Source: Nemertoderma westbladi
Lineage: Eukaryota; Animalia; Xenacoelomorpha
Length of the DNA stretch: 64,000 nucleotides
Direction of reading: 5' to 3'
Assembly: GCA_032718475.1 (NCBI GenBank)
Contig: JAUCBJ010001286.1
Coordinates: 1-64,000 of the forward strand
The notes under the pieces are model-generated. The model was not told the DNA's origin. It saw only the letters and a list, made by a program, of their open reading frames with translations, and searched no databases. Positions 61,090 to 64,000 of this stretch are shown here, one piece after another. Position numbers and translations under genes: made by a program. How positions within the stretch are numbered: position 1 is the first letter of the stretch; the number at the start of each line of letters is the position of its first letter.

Positions 61090-63999
61090 TTACATATGTC
61101 CAAGAATCTCATCAATTGGGTCTTCATCACCCAGCCAGTCAGGACGTCGGGTTGCTGATTTGTCTTTATCAATGCCATAGCAACGGATCCCATGATGCGA
61201 CCCAGGTCTAACACCTACCGGTCGTGGTCTGTGTTTCTCGAACCTCAACCACTTCCCAGTCCCAGTGATGTATTCCTTCCTTTTCAACTCTTCAGCTATG
61301 TCCTCATCTGTCACTGTAAACTCGGCCTTAGTGAACATCTGTGCCAACTCTGCTTGTTTCCTCGCCATCTCCTCTTCATCATCGTCACTCCCTGCCAGAC
61401 TCTCCTCGTGAACCACCTCCGCCATTGTCCTTTTCTTCGCAGTTACTGGATGCTCGGGAAGACTGAACTCATCAACAAGTACATCGTAGGGAACCATGGG
61501 GTGACCCCAGGATAGTCGGTTGTTTACGTCCCAAGGTTGGTTCTGACCAAAGGTTCCTACATACTCACCCATAGATGACCACAGACGGACCGTGCAGTCA
61601 GGTGAGGATGTGATAACGAAATTCTCATGAACTAAAGTAATTCCTGATATCAGTTGGACGTGCGCTCGCCATGAATAGAACAACAATGGGGGTTCGTCCT
61701 CGTCTACCATTCGAGAGTAATCTTCTATGTCCCAGACATAAACAAACCCGCCTTGATCACCAGTGTATAATAAGGTCTCATCCTCACTAATTACCATCGT
61801 TGAAACGGCTTTCCCCTCAGCATAACTCGCTTTGAATTTACCCATTATTCTGCCACCATGATTGATATTCCAAAAGTGAATACGACCGAAAGGGCCACTG
61901 GCCACCAAAATAGCTGCATCTTTTTCTCCCATTCTAGAACGTAGGAATATTACCTTACAAACGGAGTTGTCGCCATCAAGCGAAATGTCCGAGTATTCTC
62001 GGGGCCTGGGTGACATCAATCGAAGAATGGGTCCACCCGAGACCATGCTCCATATAACAACCTCTCCATCATAGCTCGATGTAGCTAATAGGTATGGTGA
62101 AAGTAGACCCAATGAAAGTATGTCCTCAGAGTGAACCCCGTGGCAGGTGAACCAACCCTGGATGGGCACCTGCTCTGAATGGATATCATTAGAGTCTGTA
62201 TATATACTGATATTCCTGTCCCAACCTACCGATATGATATACTTATTCTTGTTGACTTCACAGTACATGACGTCAGTGACTTCTTTCAATTGCCTCGGCT
62301 TAGTTTTAGTTAATTTTCTGATGCACAATCCAGAGTTATAATTCCAAACACGCAATAAACCATCCCTGCCACCACTAATTAATCGCCTACCTGTCAGGTC
62401 AAAGGTCATGCAGGTGACTGCCTGATTGCCATGAGCATTGGAAAACTCAAACAAAGGGTTACCGTTTTCAAATTCCCATATCTTAATGACAGATCCTTCA
62501 GTACAGGTTATTACTTGGTTAAATGTTGGATTATACAATGTCTGTGTAATCCCATGTTTGTGTGTGAGGACAATCTCACCTTCCATGCTCTGTTTGGCAC
62601 GTATAGTTAACATAGAAACGCCCTCAGCAGCAACCACTAGCGATTTCATTGTGGAGTTGTAATAAACAGCAGATAAGTCACCTCTAATGTTGTGACTTTT
62701 CGGCCTCAACTCAACAAGATTACTCTGATCCTGCAGGTCCCAGACGTTGATCATTTTATCTTGCGATATTGTGTAAATTCGGCCTTCTGATGAACTCACG
62801 ATCACAGAGAATATGGGTGCATTGTGTCCTGATAACAACCCTATAGGTCGCGTCGGGACATAAGGGTTCCATAATCGAATAATCCTGTCGATACCCCCTG
62901 TTGCGATAATGGTTCGCTCTCGGCAAAATCCAAAACTTCTGACACCTTTATATACTCGGAAAACTGTTTGATCAGCATCTACACGTTTACGTGGGCTTGT
63001 TAAACTCACTACTTGTGAGCGACGTGCAGAACCCACACGTGCATTGGGCAGTTCGAACTGGGTGCTGCCAACAGCGCAACCGACAACCAATGCTGTCGAA
63101 TGATCATTGGAAGAAGAGAAAACTGATCTAAGTTCGGGACAGTACTTGATTTGAGTGACCCAGTCATTGTGGACAGCCCAACGTACAAACGTTGTATTAC
63201 TGGAACTTGCTACGACTTCCAGTGGCACACTAGCTAGTCCTTCTTTCCACGAACGTAAAGTTTCCCCGACTCCAGACATAGCTATTATATTAACACATCC
63301 CATCGCATCTCCATACAGAATCATTCCCTCGTCGGCACCCGTGGCACAGTAATCCAATTTAATCGGCACTGTTTCTAAACTAGTAATCTGACAATAATGC
63401 TCAAAGTTAGATAACTCATAGAATTGGATCTCACGGTCTCCAGTAATAAATATTAATTTATTGTACCTTGGCATGATCACGAAATCGGTAATCCATTTCT
63501 GTTTTGATCTTCCCGTAGATTGCGGCTCACTGGTGGTTTTCACACGTTTAAATTGTAATGTGTTGGTCCAAAAACTCACGCTTCCATCCTGACAAGCGAC
63601 CAAGTAGGTGCCGTCCGAAAGCGCATTAATCCTCACTATTTGCTCGCGATGAGGGCTGGGGTGAACCACAGGGGGTAGATTGAAAGCGCACTGCTTCCCC
63701 GCCAAATATAAGTGTTCTTTCTCACCATAATCCAGTTGCATGTAAGTACAAAAGTCGTCCCATGTGATATCCCCGTCTGAATGAGTATCGATTTTCATAA
63801 ACAAAGCTTTTATTTGGTCATCAAACTTTGAGCTGATATTGAGAGCAGACCTCAGCACCTGTTGAAAGTCATCCTGAGTGAGCACGCCATCTGAAGCAGA
63901 AGCAGCAAAGAATGCCTCTTTGAGTCTATGTAGATGTGGAAGTGCCACTCTATCTTCTATTTTGGCGTTTCGAGTTCCATCTGAGAGAAGAAGGAGCTG
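61090..63999 (-). CDS. EF-hand plus WD40 repeat protein of the WDR49/WDR95/WDY (CFAP337-like) family; 5' end outside or at the window edge
   Basis: At least 952 aa uninterrupted, frame open to the window edge (possible acceptor CTCTCAG near 63981). EF-hand LFMKIDTHSDGDITWDDF. WD40 motifs ATGGIDRIIRLWNPY, LISGGRDGLLRVWNYNSG, ATSSYDGEVVIW and TSSPDCTVRLW. Confidence 0.9.
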   Translation of the reverse strand, partial: QLLLLSDGTRNAKIEDRVALPHLHRLKEAFFAASASDGVLTQDDFQQVLRSALNISSKFDDQIKALFMKIDTHSDGDITWDDFCTYMQLDYGEKEHLYLAGKQCAFNLPPVVHPSPHREQIVRINALSDGTYLVACQDGSVSFWTNTLQFKRVKTTSEPQSTGRSKQKWITDFVIMPRYNKLIFITGDREIQFYELSNFEHYCQITSLETVPIKLDYCATGADEGMILYGDAMGCVNIIAMSGVGETLRSWKEGLASVPLEVVASSSNTTFVRWAVHNDWVTQIKYCPELRSVFSSSNDHSTALVVGCAVGSTQFELPNARVGSARRSQVVSLTSPRKRVDADQTVFRVYKGVRSFGFCRERTIIATGGIDRIIRLWNPYVPTRPIGLLSGHNAPIFSVIVSSSEGRIYTISQDKMINVWDLQDQSNLVELRPKSHNIRGDLSAVYYNSTMKSLVVAAEGVSMLTIRAKQSMEGEIVLTHKHGITQTLYNPTFNQVITCTEGSVIKIWEFENGNPLFEFSNAHGNQAVTCMTFDLTGRRLISGGRDGLLRVWNYNSGLCIRKLTKTKPRQLKEVTDVMYCEVNKNKYIISVGWDRNISIYTDSNDIHSEQVPIQGWFTCHGVHSEDILSLGLLSPYLLATSSYDGEVVIWSMVSGGPILRLMSPRPREYSDISLDGDNSVCKVIFLRSRMGEKDAAILVASGPFGRIHFWNINHGGRIMGKFKASYAEGKAVSTMVISEDETLLYTGDQGGFVYVWDIEDYSRMVDEDEPPLLFYSWRAHVQLISGITLVHENFVITSSPDCTVRLWSSMGEYVGTFGQNQPWDVNNRLSWGHPMVPYDVLVDEFSLPEHPVTAKKRTMAEVVHEESLAGSDDDEEEMARKQAELAQMFTKAEFTVTDEDIAEELKRKEYITGTGKWLRFEKHRPRPVGVRPGSHHGIRCYGIDKDKSATRRPDWLGDEDPIDEILGHM

Positions 64000-64000
64000 A

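Overview
This window is AT-rich, repeat-dense animal (invertebrate-like) nuclear DNA. It holds five host genes: an ankyrin-repeat protein (+, probably a last exon), HYOU1/GRP170 (+, one coding exon), a divergent cohesin STAG/SA subunit (+, one 5-kb exon with a 36-nt repeat encoding about 28 SQ motifs), a 6-exon phospholipid scramblase (-, mostly missed by the ORF track) and an EF-hand/WD40 WDR49/WDR95/WDY-family gene (-, running to the window edge). The rest is mobile and repeated DNA: nested RTE and CR1 LINE fragments, several MITE families with readable target-site duplications (TSDs), tRNA-derived SINE-like units, a hammerhead-like 210-bp unit, foldbacks, a 13-kb 45/49/51-bp satellite with a 33-unit higher-order duplication, and a decayed IS3EU-like integrase element. 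The main leads are the SQ-cluster STAG, three long intronless conserved genes next to an intron-retaining one, dense TA-flanked footprint-like motifs (TAGGCCTA, TACCGGTA, TACWGTA), and the ribozyme and partial-tandem elements. All family calls come from motif recognition by eye; no database search was run.
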